A DNA stretch of 63,492 bases, from the NCBI GenBank assembly GCA_043824495.1, contig JBDRSV010000001.1, positions 1 through 63,492 on the forward strand, written 5' to 3'. The notes beneath the pieces are model-generated. The model worked only from the letters and a program-made list of their open reading frames with translations, was not told where the DNA came from and made no database searches. Origin of the DNA: Candidatus Aenigmatarchaeota archaeon (GTDB lineage: Archaea > Aenigmatarchaeota > Aenigmatarchaeia > QMZP01). Within the stretch, counting starts at the first letter, position 1; the number at the start of each line of letters is the position of its first letter. The position numbers were made by a program, and so were the translations under genes. This document shows, piece by piece, positions 1 to 8,548 of this stretch.

Positions 1-1
1 A

Positions 2-1819
2 GAATGGTTCTGTGTATCAAGTACTTCAGGATCATATGAAGCATACAGAATGGAAAATTGTAGCATTATAAACAACAATGCATGTGAATTTGGGTGCGAA
101 GAAAATAGATGTGGCGCAGCTCCATTAATTGATACCAATTACATCGATTACGATTATCGAGGTTCAATGGATTTTAGTGAACGTCCTTTTAATTCTATCT
201 CCCCCGGAAGATTTCAAATTTTAAGAACTGGGCAAACCCATAAAATAATGTATAGACCAGAAAGGTGGCGTTCTGACCCTTTCATGGACCCAGATAATAC
301 TGATTATTATTCACTTTATGATTATTACACTTTTTATTTGTCTGGTGTTGGATTAATTGGTTCAACTGATGAAAATGAAGTTTATTATTCTTGGAGAATT
401 CCAGAAGAATTAAATGGACAAAAACTTGGAGGATATAATTATAGGATTTTAGTTTATGCTGAAGGCACAGATATTTTGCATGCAAAAAGTTATCCTTTTG
501 ATATTATTCCTGCGGGGGATGTAATGCCAACCTCCACTAGATTTAAGATTGGTGATAGAATAGAGTATTATTTAGAGAGTGGCCAGGATCCAAAAATGGC
601 ACAATTTGGTTCTGGGACTATTGTTGGAGGACCTAAATTAAATGAAAATGAAAATTATTGGATGTGGAATATAAGTTTTGATAGTTCTCCTGGAACAAGT
701 AGCTGGAAAGGTGAAGGAGCTCTTGATTTTTTGTATCGGGGCTATGATACAGAGCCTTTAACTGAAGATAATTGGAATTACGCTGACTCAGTATTTTTAG
801 ATAAAGATGTTCGGCTACAAAATACAGAGGGGTCTGGCACTATTTTAGCAAAAACAGGGCAAAAAGCTTCTCTATTGGACATGAAAATAGTTAATGACGA
901 GTTGTGGTTTAAAATAAAATATAATTATTATGATAGGGGAGAAGGATGGGTTAAAGCAGATATTTTGCGTAAGTTAGTTGGAGATTCTTCAAGAATTATA
1001 TATACCCTTTTAGAGTATCAAGAAGAGCTTCAAAAAGGAAGCTCTCAATGGATTTCATTCAGAGTTGGGATAACTGGAGTGGCATATAACTCGCCAGTTG
1101 CATGGATTGATTGGGGGGACGGAACTGAATTAGAATGGAAATCTTGTAGTAATTATTTAAAATTGGCAAGAGATTGTGCTCTAGTTCACCAATATACTAA
1201 AACCGGAACATACACAATAAAGCTTGCTATATCAGATAGATATAATGGAAGAGTGGAGGATACATTAATAGTAAATGTTGTTGGTGAAAGTGATAAGTTT
1301 AAAGTTGGAGACAGAGTTAAAACAACTAGTTATGTAAAAACTAAATCAGTGCCTAAAGAAGGTAATGCTTATAATCGGGGTGTTTATGAGGTAGGATCTA
1401 CTGGAAAGATAACAAAAAACGCAATACAATCAGGGATTGTTTTTGATTCATCGGGAAATGTTGATGAAGGCAAAGGATTTAACTGGTATTGGTATGTTGA
1501 CTTTGATGGTAATGGTGTTGAGAACAGTGATTATGATGGGTGGGTGGATGAAGACAATTTAGCTAAGATTAATGAAGTTGTTAATGCTAAATTTGAGATA
1601 GGACAGAGGGTGTTTACAACAACATCTGTAAGTGTTTATAGTTCTACAATTGAACCTTGGTTTTCCATGGCAAATAATGTTATAGACACCAAAGTTGCTG
1701 GTTCTGAGGGAACAATAAGAAGTTATTATGATGGTCCTGAAGGAAAATTTTGGAAACTAGATTTTCCTTATCCTCATGAAGATGGCTGGATTGCAGAAGA
1801 ATTTTTAGAGGCAGCTTAG
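2..1819 (+). CDS. Surface protein with about four SH3-like domains and a PKD-like domain; 5'-truncated by the window edge
   Basis: Frame is open from base 2 (EWFCVSSTSGSYEAYR-MENC...). Repeated 'KF(K/E)(V/I)G(D/Q)R(V/I)...W(Y/F)...DGW(V/I)xE' units and a PKD-type 'WIDWGDG...HQYTKTGTYTIKL' segment. Confidence 0.65.
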   Translation, partial: EWFCVSSTSGSYEAYRMENCSIINNNACEFGCEENRCGAAPLIDTNYIDYDYRGSMDFSERPFNSISPGRFQILRTGQTHKIMYRPERWRSDPFMDPDNTDYYSLYDYYTFYLSGVGLIGSTDENEVYYSWRIPEELNGQKLGGYNYRILVYAEGTDILHAKSYPFDIIPAGDVMPTSTRFKIGDRIEYYLESGQDPKMAQFGSGTIVGGPKLNENENYWMWNISFDSSPGTSSWKGEGALDFLYRGYDTEPLTEDNWNYADSVFLDKDVRLQNTEGSGTILAKTGQKASLLDMKIVNDELWFKIKYNYYDRGEGWVKADILRKLVGDSSRIIYTLLEYQEELQKGSSQWISFRVGITGVAYNSPVAWIDWGDGTELEWKSCSNYLKLARDCALVHQYTKTGTYTIKLAISDRYNGRVEDTLIVNVVGESDKFKVGDRVKTTSYVKTKSVPKEGNAYNRGVYEVGSTGKITKNAIQSGIVFDSSGNVDEGKGFNWYWYVDFDGNGVENSDYDGWVDEDNLAKINEVVNAKFEIGQRVFTTTSVSVYSSTIEPWFSMANNVIDTKVAGSEGTIRSYYDGPEGKFWKLDFPYPHEDGWIAEEFLEAA

Positions 1820-1953
1820 AGAAATGACAAGAATCCAAGAAGAAACTGTCCCAGTTATCTTGTATTTAGATTTAATTAGAGTTACAGGAGAAGGAAAGAC
1901 AGTAGAAATCGGCTTCAAGAAAGTTTAAGTTCGGGTAAAACTAATTATAATTG

Positions 1954-3465
1954 ATGAAAGTAACAATAACCACAGAGAAGAAAGATCTTACTTTTTTGGT
2001 TATAGCTGTGATTATAGTTGCAAGTGTAGGTTTTGTGATAGCAACTAATCCTTCACCCGAATTAACAGCTAATGTGATTGCTGATAAGATAAGTTTTCAG
2101 TCAGCCCCTGGTTTTGAACATTATGACACTTTTGAAGTAGATTTTGGCAACTGGACTAATGTTGCTGGAGATGATTTTGATTGGACACGTTTTTCAGGGA
2201 GTACGCCATCTGGTCAGACAGGCCCCACATCAGCTTATGAAGGAACTTGGTATATATACACGGAAGCATCCTCAAACAACCCATCCAGAACTGCAATTGT
2301 AGAGAGTCCTGTAATAGATTTTGATTCATACTTGAGTGAACAGATAAAATTCCGATATCATGCTTATGGTAGTAATGGAGGAATGATATATTTAGAGGTT
2401 CAGGATGGAGTAGGAGGCTGGACTACACTATGGTCTACGAGTATCGGTATTTCTAATGTTTGGCAGGTATATACCCAAGACTTATCTACACAAACTGGAA
2501 GCAGCAAGAAATTGAGATTTAGAGTTGTTACAGGAACCGATTATCTCAGTGACTTTGCTCTCGATGCCATAAATATATCAAGTGTTGGAATTGATCCTTT
2601 TTGTGGTGACGGAACACAAGACCCAGGAGAAGAATGTGATGACGGATGTCTTGTAGGAACACCAAATGTTTGTGAAGTCGGAATAGATGATGGTGATGGA
2701 TGCTCATATACATGCACAATAGAAGTTGGAGCTTCAGGGAACGATCCTGATCCCACTTTACCAACTCACCCATGGGATCAAGTATATTGCACTGATTGTA
2801 TAACAGCTGGGAATATAGAGACTGGAGCTGTGGGAGCTCTTGAGATTGCATCAAGTGCTGTTGGTCAATCTGAGCTTCAAGCAAATTCTGTTGACTCCAG
2901 TAAAATAGTTGATAATAGCATTGGTTCTGCCGACATTGGAACAGGAGCTGTTGGAACTGATGAAATAGCCGATGGAAGTATACAGGCTGATGATATTGCT
3001 GCAGGTGCAATACCCAGCAACAGTAATTGCCAAGTATATAGTTTCCAATCAGTCAATCTGGCTTTTCTAACAATACCATTTGCTGACATACAAAACATCT
3101 GTACATTCGATAACACATTCAGCGAGGGTTATTTGTGTGATGTTAAGATACTTTCACAACATCAAGGAGATCCTGATGCTATACTACAAATGTCAGGAGA
3201 AGGTTTGATGGCATTTGATGGCAGCCCTAAAAATGAATTCAGGGCTTACTATAATAACATGTTAAATCCAGACATCCTCCCAACAACATTCGCTACTAAT
3301 GGCGATGGAATAGTATCTATTATATTAGGATTTCATGATAGTGGTGATGTTTGTGAACTTGATGATGGTGAAGCTGTAGGCACTGATGCTAATCGTGATA
3401 TTTCATTAGTAGTACAGTCAGGTATAGCTACTCCATTGGATTGTAAAATAAAGATTTGTGGCTAG
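1954..3465 (+). CDS. Membrane-anchored adhesin-like protein: N-terminal TM, MAM domain, Cys-rich CGDG..GEECDDG repeat, fibre-like GAV/xxIAD repeats
   Basis: 'GDDFDWTRFSGSTPSGQTGPTSAYEGTWYIYTEASS' is a MAM signature; 'CGDGTQDPGEECDDG'; periodic 'GAVGTDEIADGSIQADDIAAGAI'. ATG at 1954 (track starts at TTG 1951). Confidence 0.65.
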   Translation: MKVTITTEKKDLTFLVIAVIIVASVGFVIATNPSPELTANVIADKISFQSAPGFEHYDTFEVDFGNWTNVAGDDFDWTRFSGSTPSGQTGPTSAYEGTWYIYTEASSNNPSRTAIVESPVIDFDSYLSEQIKFRYHAYGSNGGMIYLEVQDGVGGWTTLWSTSIGISNVWQVYTQDLSTQTGSSKKLRFRVVTGTDYLSDFALDAINISSVGIDPFCGDGTQDPGEECDDGCLVGTPNVCEVGIDDGDGCSYTCTIEVGASGNDPDPTLPTHPWDQVYCTDCITAGNIETGAVGALEIASSAVGQSELQANSVDSSKIVDNSIGSADIGTGAVGTDEIADGSIQADDIAAGAIPSNSNCQVYSFQSVNLAFLTIPFADIQNICTFDNTFSEGYLCDVKILSQHQGDPDAILQMSGEGLMAFDGSPKNEFRAYYNNMLNPDILPTTFATNGDGIVSIILGFHDSGDVCELDDGEAVGTDANRDISLVVQSGIATPLDCKIKICG

Positions 3466-3494
3466 TTATATTTAGAGAAATATAAGTAATTATT

Positions 3495-5945
3495 ATGATC
3501 AAGGTTGTGATTTTGACTGCTTTCTTATTTACATTCTTAGTTGTTTCTGGAGTGAACGGACAACTTTCTTGTGTTACTGTGGATGGGAATACAAATCCGT
3601 GTACTGATACTTTAGTTTTCAAGATGACAACACCGGACACAACAGAATCTCACGCAGAACTTCCAGGACAGACAAATTATGACTGGGAAGTTTGTTGTAG
3701 CGGAGTAGCTGGTTTAGGAAATGCATGTGATGGAAATTCTGATATTGTATTGAAACTATCTGGTGTGACGGATGCACATGTAGAAGAAGATACAGGAACT
3801 TCATATTCAACTGATGTTTGTTTAACTGCTCCTAATGGAGCTGATTGTGTTTATTACACAGATCCTAATCCATGTCCTGTGGATTATACTTGTGTGGCAA
3901 GAACTTCTGCTTCCACAGATGCACATGTAATGAATTGTACAACAACCACATATCCAATTAAAGTATGCTGCAGCGCAGCTGCGCTAGATGATGTTCAAAC
4001 TCAAATAATTTCTCCGCCTGCAAGCTCTTGGCATAGTACAGATTTTCAGGTTGATGTTCAAGACATAAGAGCAGACCCATCAATGTGTGTTTACAGGGTA
4101 TTCAACACAACTGATAAGACATATCCAATAGGGGCAGAATGGGCTTCTAGGGTATGCAATAGTGTTATTCCCAACATTCTTGTTGGACCTACTGGTTATT
4201 GTCAAGAAGAAGGTTTGGATACATGCACAGTCGAAGTAAATGCTACTAACACAACAACAGGAAACAGCGCGACATACAATAGAAGCTTCGGTATAGACTT
4301 GAGCGCCCCTACAATTTCAATAGAAATAAATTCTGCTGATGTTTACACAAATGATACTATTGTGACGTTGACTCTAACACTCCCAGATGATATAGCTGGA
4401 TGTAAATATTGGAATGAAGGGGATGGAGAACCTGGAACTTGGAACATATCTAATTGTCAGACATCTAAATCATGGACTTTGAATGTAGGAGATGGAGCGA
4501 AAACTGTACACTATAAAATAAAAGATGTTGGTGGATTTGAAGTTGAAGCAACTGATATTATAACTCTGGATACAGTTAAGCCAAACTGTGCTTTGGATCC
4601 GCCACTTGGACAATGGAGTGACATTCCATTTTATATAAATTGGACAGGCAATGATGCTTCTGGCATAGCAAATTATTTTGTGGAGATAAATGATGGTGTA
4701 TGGAAACCATTTGATGATCCTTCAGTAATTTGTAATAATCTTTCATATGATGGAGGAGAGTGCTTCTTGGGAGATGGGAATACCTATGATTTCAGATGTT
4801 CTGCCATTGATGGAGCTCTAAATCTTGGAGATCCATCTCCAATTAATACAACTACTGTAGACAACACTCCTATAATCATAACTGTATTTAATGTATCAGA
4901 ATGGGTAGGATCTGCATCTGAGTACTGGAGAGGGACCATGAATTTTGATAATAATTGGGATGCACTCGAAGCAGGTTCTGGAATAAAATGTTACACTTTC
5001 CAATGGTCTTTGGATGAAAACAATTGGGAGAATGTAGTTTATAATGCATTAGGAGATCACACTGGATGTACAACACTGAAGAATGTTACGTTTGGTCCTG
5101 ATTATGGTCCTGTTTTCCCTATTGCAACGCAAGAATCTGAAACATATTTCTTCAGGCTAAATGCTGAAGATAACGCAGGACGTGTGAGTGATTGGGAATA
5201 TGGAAACACTACAATAGACTTAACATATCCTACAATAAATCTTGGTGCCACTTTCGGACCTGGAGTAAATATAATTTCTCTCGGACAAGATATGATATCT
5301 GGTGTTGATACACATGTCATAGAATGGAGATCATCTTTTGGGGTAGGATCTAAGTCATGTAACTCTGCGCCTGCATGGGGAGGTGTAAGCACGTGCACAG
5401 AAAGTGTTAACCAAGTGTCAGCTTTAACAGTGAATTCTACTGTTGTTGATAGAGCAGGCAATTCTGTTTTCAGAGAAACTGTTGTAGGAACTCCTATTAA
5501 TTTTGATGTTCACAGTCTGAATCTTGTTTTAGGAGATTCTTTTCTGATGAGAGTTAATGTGAGAAACATAGAAGATGATATTGCTAATATTACGCTTAGT
5601 TTAGATGGAACATATCCTCAAGGACTAGTTAACTTCAAGGATGTTGGAACATGGAATTATAGTATAACTCCTGATGGAAGAGAATTGAATATAACAAACG
5701 CAGAACCAAACACAGAGATGGTATATTTCATTGAACTCTTCTCATCTGATGTTTATTCTGGAACAAAAACTTTGATAGTTGATGCTAGAATTTGGGATCC
5801 TTTCACAACAACTGGAAATGACACTGCAATAATAGGAGTTTCATATCCATCAAGTTTTTCTGGATTGAATGATATAGCCGCTGTTATTCTCATCTTAATT
5901 TCAGTTGGCATGTACTCTAGAATCAATCGAAGAAAACAGACATAA
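3495..5945 (+). CDS. Secreted, C-terminally anchored Cys-rich Ig/FN3-like surface protein (paralog family A, member 1)
   Basis: Signal peptide, many NxT/S sequons, modules shared with 9857 and 14295, C-terminus SYPSSFSGLNDIA + TM + RINRRKQT. Confidence 0.75.
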   Translation: MIKVVILTAFLFTFLVVSGVNGQLSCVTVDGNTNPCTDTLVFKMTTPDTTESHAELPGQTNYDWEVCCSGVAGLGNACDGNSDIVLKLSGVTDAHVEEDTGTSYSTDVCLTAPNGADCVYYTDPNPCPVDYTCVARTSASTDAHVMNCTTTTYPIKVCCSAAALDDVQTQIISPPASSWHSTDFQVDVQDIRADPSMCVYRVFNTTDKTYPIGAEWASRVCNSVIPNILVGPTGYCQEEGLDTCTVEVNATNTTTGNSATYNRSFGIDLSAPTISIEINSADVYTNDTIVTLTLTLPDDIAGCKYWNEGDGEPGTWNISNCQTSKSWTLNVGDGAKTVHYKIKDVGGFEVEATDIITLDTVKPNCALDPPLGQWSDIPFYINWTGNDASGIANYFVEINDGVWKPFDDPSVICNNLSYDGGECFLGDGNTYDFRCSAIDGALNLGDPSPINTTTVDNTPIIITVFNVSEWVGSASEYWRGTMNFDNNWDALEAGSGIKCYTFQWSLDENNWENVVYNALGDHTGCTTLKNVTFGPDYGPVFPIATQESETYFFRLNAEDNAGRVSDWEYGNTTIDLTYPTINLGATFGPGVNIISLGQDMISGVDTHVIEWRSSFGVGSKSCNSAPAWGGVSTCTESVNQVSALTVNSTVVDRAGNSVFRETVVGTPINFDVHSLNLVLGDSFLMRVNVRNIEDDIANITLSLDGTYPQGLVNFKDVGTWNYSITPDGRELNITNAEPNTEMVYFIELFSSDVYSGTKTLIVDARIWDPFTTTGNDTAIIGVSYPSSFSGLNDIAAVILILISVGMYSRINRRKQT

Positions 5946-6402
5946 CTAGTTCTGCTTTTCCTTTGTAAAAATGATCTTTCAGTTTTGCTTCTTCTTGGAA
6001 TCCCATTTTCTTATAGAACTCTTGAGCTCTTTTATTATCTTCATGCGTCATTAAGTAAATCTTTCTTAGCTTGAAACCCTTTCTTCTGTAAAAATCATTT
6101 GCTTCTTTCACCAAAAACTCGAATAGAAGTTTAGCTATCCCCTTTCCTCTAAAATCAGGAGAAACAGCTATTCTATCCATTTCAGCTAACATGTGCTTAG
6201 GTAAACCATGTATTTGATAGCTTGCAATTCCTATTATTTTATCATCCACTTCAGCTACCACAAAATTATATTTTTTGTGTGTCTCTTCAAGAAAAACACG
6301 AACACCTTCTTCAACCGTATCAATATTGTATGCTTCTTTGAGAAGTTCTGCTATTCCTCTCATGTCTCTTTCTTTAGCTACTCTGATTATTGGAGCCTTC
6401 AT
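5923..6402 (-). CDS. GNAT-family N-acetyltransferase
   Basis: Acetyl-CoA motif A 'IAVSPDFRGKGIAKLL' and motif B 'DNKRAQEFYKKMGF'. Confidence 0.9.
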   Translation of the reverse strand: MKAPIIRVAKERDMRGIAELLKEAYNIDTVEEGVRVFLEETHKKYNFVVAEVDDKIIGIASYQIHGLPKHMLAEMDRIAVSPDFRGKGIAKLLFEFLVKEANDFYRRKGFKLRKIYLMTHEDNKRAQEFYKKMGFQEEAKLKDHFYKGKAELVMSVFFD

Positions 6403-6451
6403 GTAAATTAGTTAGACGAGAAGGTTAAATTGTTAACCGTCCCACAGAATC

Positions 6452-6459
6452 TTTAAATA
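6452..6459 (+). promoter_or_regulatory. Candidate archaeal TATA box for the AbrB-like/tRNA-His/hutH/hisS unit
   Basis: TTTAAATA about 32 nt upstream of a GGTGA-preceded ATG at 6491, in the divergent intergenic region. Confidence 0.35.
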
Positions 6460-6527
6460 TCTCCTCTACTTACTATAATTTGGTGATTGTATGACTAAGA
6501 TCAAAACATACGGTGATGTAGTTCATC

Positions 6528-6803
6528 TTGAACAATGATTTTCTTAGCTCAAGCACTCCAAATTCTAGAAAACTCCGCATAGATTCTAAAGGTCGCATAA
6601 GTATACCAGCAGACTTAAGACGCTCTTTCGGTTTAGAAGGAGAAGTAGAACTTATTTTCGATATTGAGAAAAACATGTTACTTTTAGTTCCGTTGTATGG
6701 TCGCAATGGTGTAATGGTTAGCACAAGGGCTTGTGGAGCCCTTAGTCTGGGTTCAAATCCCAGTTGCGACCCTAAGGGAGGAGATTATGAAAGAAAATCT
6801 TAA
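6528..6803 (+). CDS. AbrB/MraZ/SpoVT-type swapped-hairpin DNA-binding protein whose 3' part overlaps tRNA-His
   Basis: 'KLRIDSKGRISIPADLRRSFGLEGEVELIFDIEKNMLLLVP' fits the AbrB fold; TTG start with GGTGA at 6512-6516. Confidence 0.7.
   Translation: MNNDFLSSSTPNSRKLRIDSKGRISIPADLRRSFGLEGEVELIFDIEKNMLLLVPLYGRNGVMVSTRACGALSLGSNPSCDPKGGDYERKS
6699..6771 (+). tRNA. tRNA-His(GTG), intronless, with encoded G-1; CCA not encoded
   Basis: Acceptor GTCGCAA 6700-6706/TTGCGAC 6764-6770; D stem GTGT/GCAC; anticodon stem AGGGC/GCCCT with loop TT-GTG-GA (GTG 6733-6735); T arm CTGGG-TTCAAAT-CCCAG; G6699 opposite C6771 is the His identity pair. Confidence 0.95.
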
Positions 6804-6998
6804 AGAGTATCCCCACAGGAGAAGAACTGAAACAGTATAGGATTGACATGAACCTGAAAAAAATAAGACTGAAACTAAGTAGAGGAGATATCGATGAAAA
6901 TGAATATAAGAACGATTTGATCCTATTGGGAGTTTATGTTACATCAGGAATGGGATGATAATATTAAAAAAATTAGATGGAAAAATTAAGGAGTTAAT

Positions 6999-8519
6999 AT
7001 GACGATAAAATTAGATGGGAAGAGCTTGACCGTAGAAGACCTGGTCAAAGTTTCTAGGGAAGACGAGAAAATAGAAATCGCTGGAGATTCTAAAGACAAT
7101 ATAAGAAAAAGTAGAGCCATAGTAGAGAGAATGTTCGAAAAAGGAGAACCTGCATATGGCATAACAACAGGTATTGGTGAACTCGCAAAAGTAATGTTAA
7201 CTAAAGAACAAGCGCAAGAATTCTCAAAATATCTCATTTACAGTCACGCAGGTGGCTATGGAAAACCTGTAGAGAGAGATAGCGTCAGAGCAGCTATTGT
7301 ATCTAGACTTAACACTTTATCTAAAGGAATGTCTGGTGTGAGATTAGAAGTAGTTGAATTTATCGCAGAGATGATCAATAGAGGCGTTACTCCTGTCATG
7401 TATCCTGCATCTGTTGGAGCATGTGGAGATTTAGCTCCATTATCACAAGCTATGCTTGTTCCAATGGGAGAAGGAGAAGCATACTATAAAGGAGAAAAAT
7501 TATCTGGACTGGAAGCATTAAGACGAGTAGGATTGGAACCTATAAAATATGAGATAAGAGACGGTTTAGCTGTAATCAACGGATCCCAATTAACAGCTGG
7601 TATGGGAGCATTAGAAATCTATGATACTGATTTGCTAATCAAAACTTCAGAAGTTGTTGCGGCAATGAGTTTCGAAGCATTGAAAGCTGTTACCAAAGCA
7701 TTTGATGAAGACTTGTTAAAAGTAAGAGGATACGAAGGCGGAATAAAATGTGCTCGAAATATAAGAAGATTGATAGAAGGATCACAAATCCTAGTTAAGC
7801 AAGAAAGAGTTCAAGATGCATACAGTATTAGATCCACACCACAGGTATTGGGATCAGTTAAAGATGCTCTAGCTTTCGCTAGAAAACAAATAGAAATAGA
7901 AATTAATGCTGGAGCAGATAATCCATTATTTATTCCTGATGGGAAAGATGGAAAATATATAGCTGGCGCAAACTTCCAAGGAACGCCTATAGCATTACCA
8001 TTAGAATTACTCGGAACATCAGTAACAGTATTATCCGTCATTTCTGAAAGGAGACTCAACAGGTTGGTAAATCCTAACTTAAACGAGGGATTACCAGCAT
8101 TCCTAACAAAAATGAGTGGTATGCATTCAGGTATAATGATACCACAATACACAGCTGCATCACTTGTTTGTGAGAATCGTGTATTATCAACTCCTGCAGC
8201 AGTTGGATCCATTCCAACAGCAGCTGACCAAGAAGACTTTGTCAGCATGGGAACAAACACAGCAATTAAAACTAAGACGATAATTGACAACTCATTTGCC
8301 GTTGTTGCAATTGAATTATTGGCCGCTGCTCAAGCTCTGGAACTTAGGGGAGGAGAACCATCAAAGGCTGTTAAAGCTGTATTTGATGTGGTTAGAAAAT
8401 ATGTTCCATTCCTCGAAGAAGACAGACCACTATACCCTGACATAGAGAGACTAGCCATGGTAGTAAAAAGTGGTGAAATTCTAGAAGCTGCAGAGAATGT
8501 TATAGGTAAACTAGAATAG
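6999..8519 (+). CDS. hutH: Histidine ammonia-lyase (MIO-dependent aromatic amino acid lyase family)
   Basis: 'YGITTGIG', 'LIYSHA' (SH selectivity motif), 'VGACGDLAPL', 'RVQDAYSIRSTPQV', 'DNP', 'GANFQG', 'QEDFVSMG'. Confidence 0.9.
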   Translation: MTIKLDGKSLTVEDLVKVSREDEKIEIAGDSKDNIRKSRAIVERMFEKGEPAYGITTGIGELAKVMLTKEQAQEFSKYLIYSHAGGYGKPVERDSVRAAIVSRLNTLSKGMSGVRLEVVEFIAEMINRGVTPVMYPASVGACGDLAPLSQAMLVPMGEGEAYYKGEKLSGLEALRRVGLEPIKYEIRDGLAVINGSQLTAGMGALEIYDTDLLIKTSEVVAAMSFEALKAVTKAFDEDLLKVRGYEGGIKCARNIRRLIEGSQILVKQERVQDAYSIRSTPQVLGSVKDALAFARKQIEIEINAGADNPLFIPDGKDGKYIAGANFQGTPIALPLELLGTSVTVLSVISERRLNRLVNPNLNEGLPAFLTKMSGMHSGIMIPQYTAASLVCENRVLSTPAAVGSIPTAADQEDFVSMGTNTAIKTKTIIDNSFAVVAIELLAAAQALELRGGEPSKAVKAVFDVVRKYVPFLEEDRPLYPDIERLAMVVKSGEILEAAENVIGKLE

Positions 8520-8548
8520 TTATATCTAATAAAATCTAAGGAGTAATT

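Noticed and set aside
1824-1928. 34-aa ORF MTRIQEETVPVILYLDLIRVTGEGKTVEIGFKKV
   Set aside because: No SD or recognisable family and not in frame with the upstream gene; may be real but cannot be supported.
6491-6538. uORF MTKIKTYGDVVHLEQ as a His attenuator leader
   Set aside because: Only one His codon and no terminator/antiterminator pair seen.
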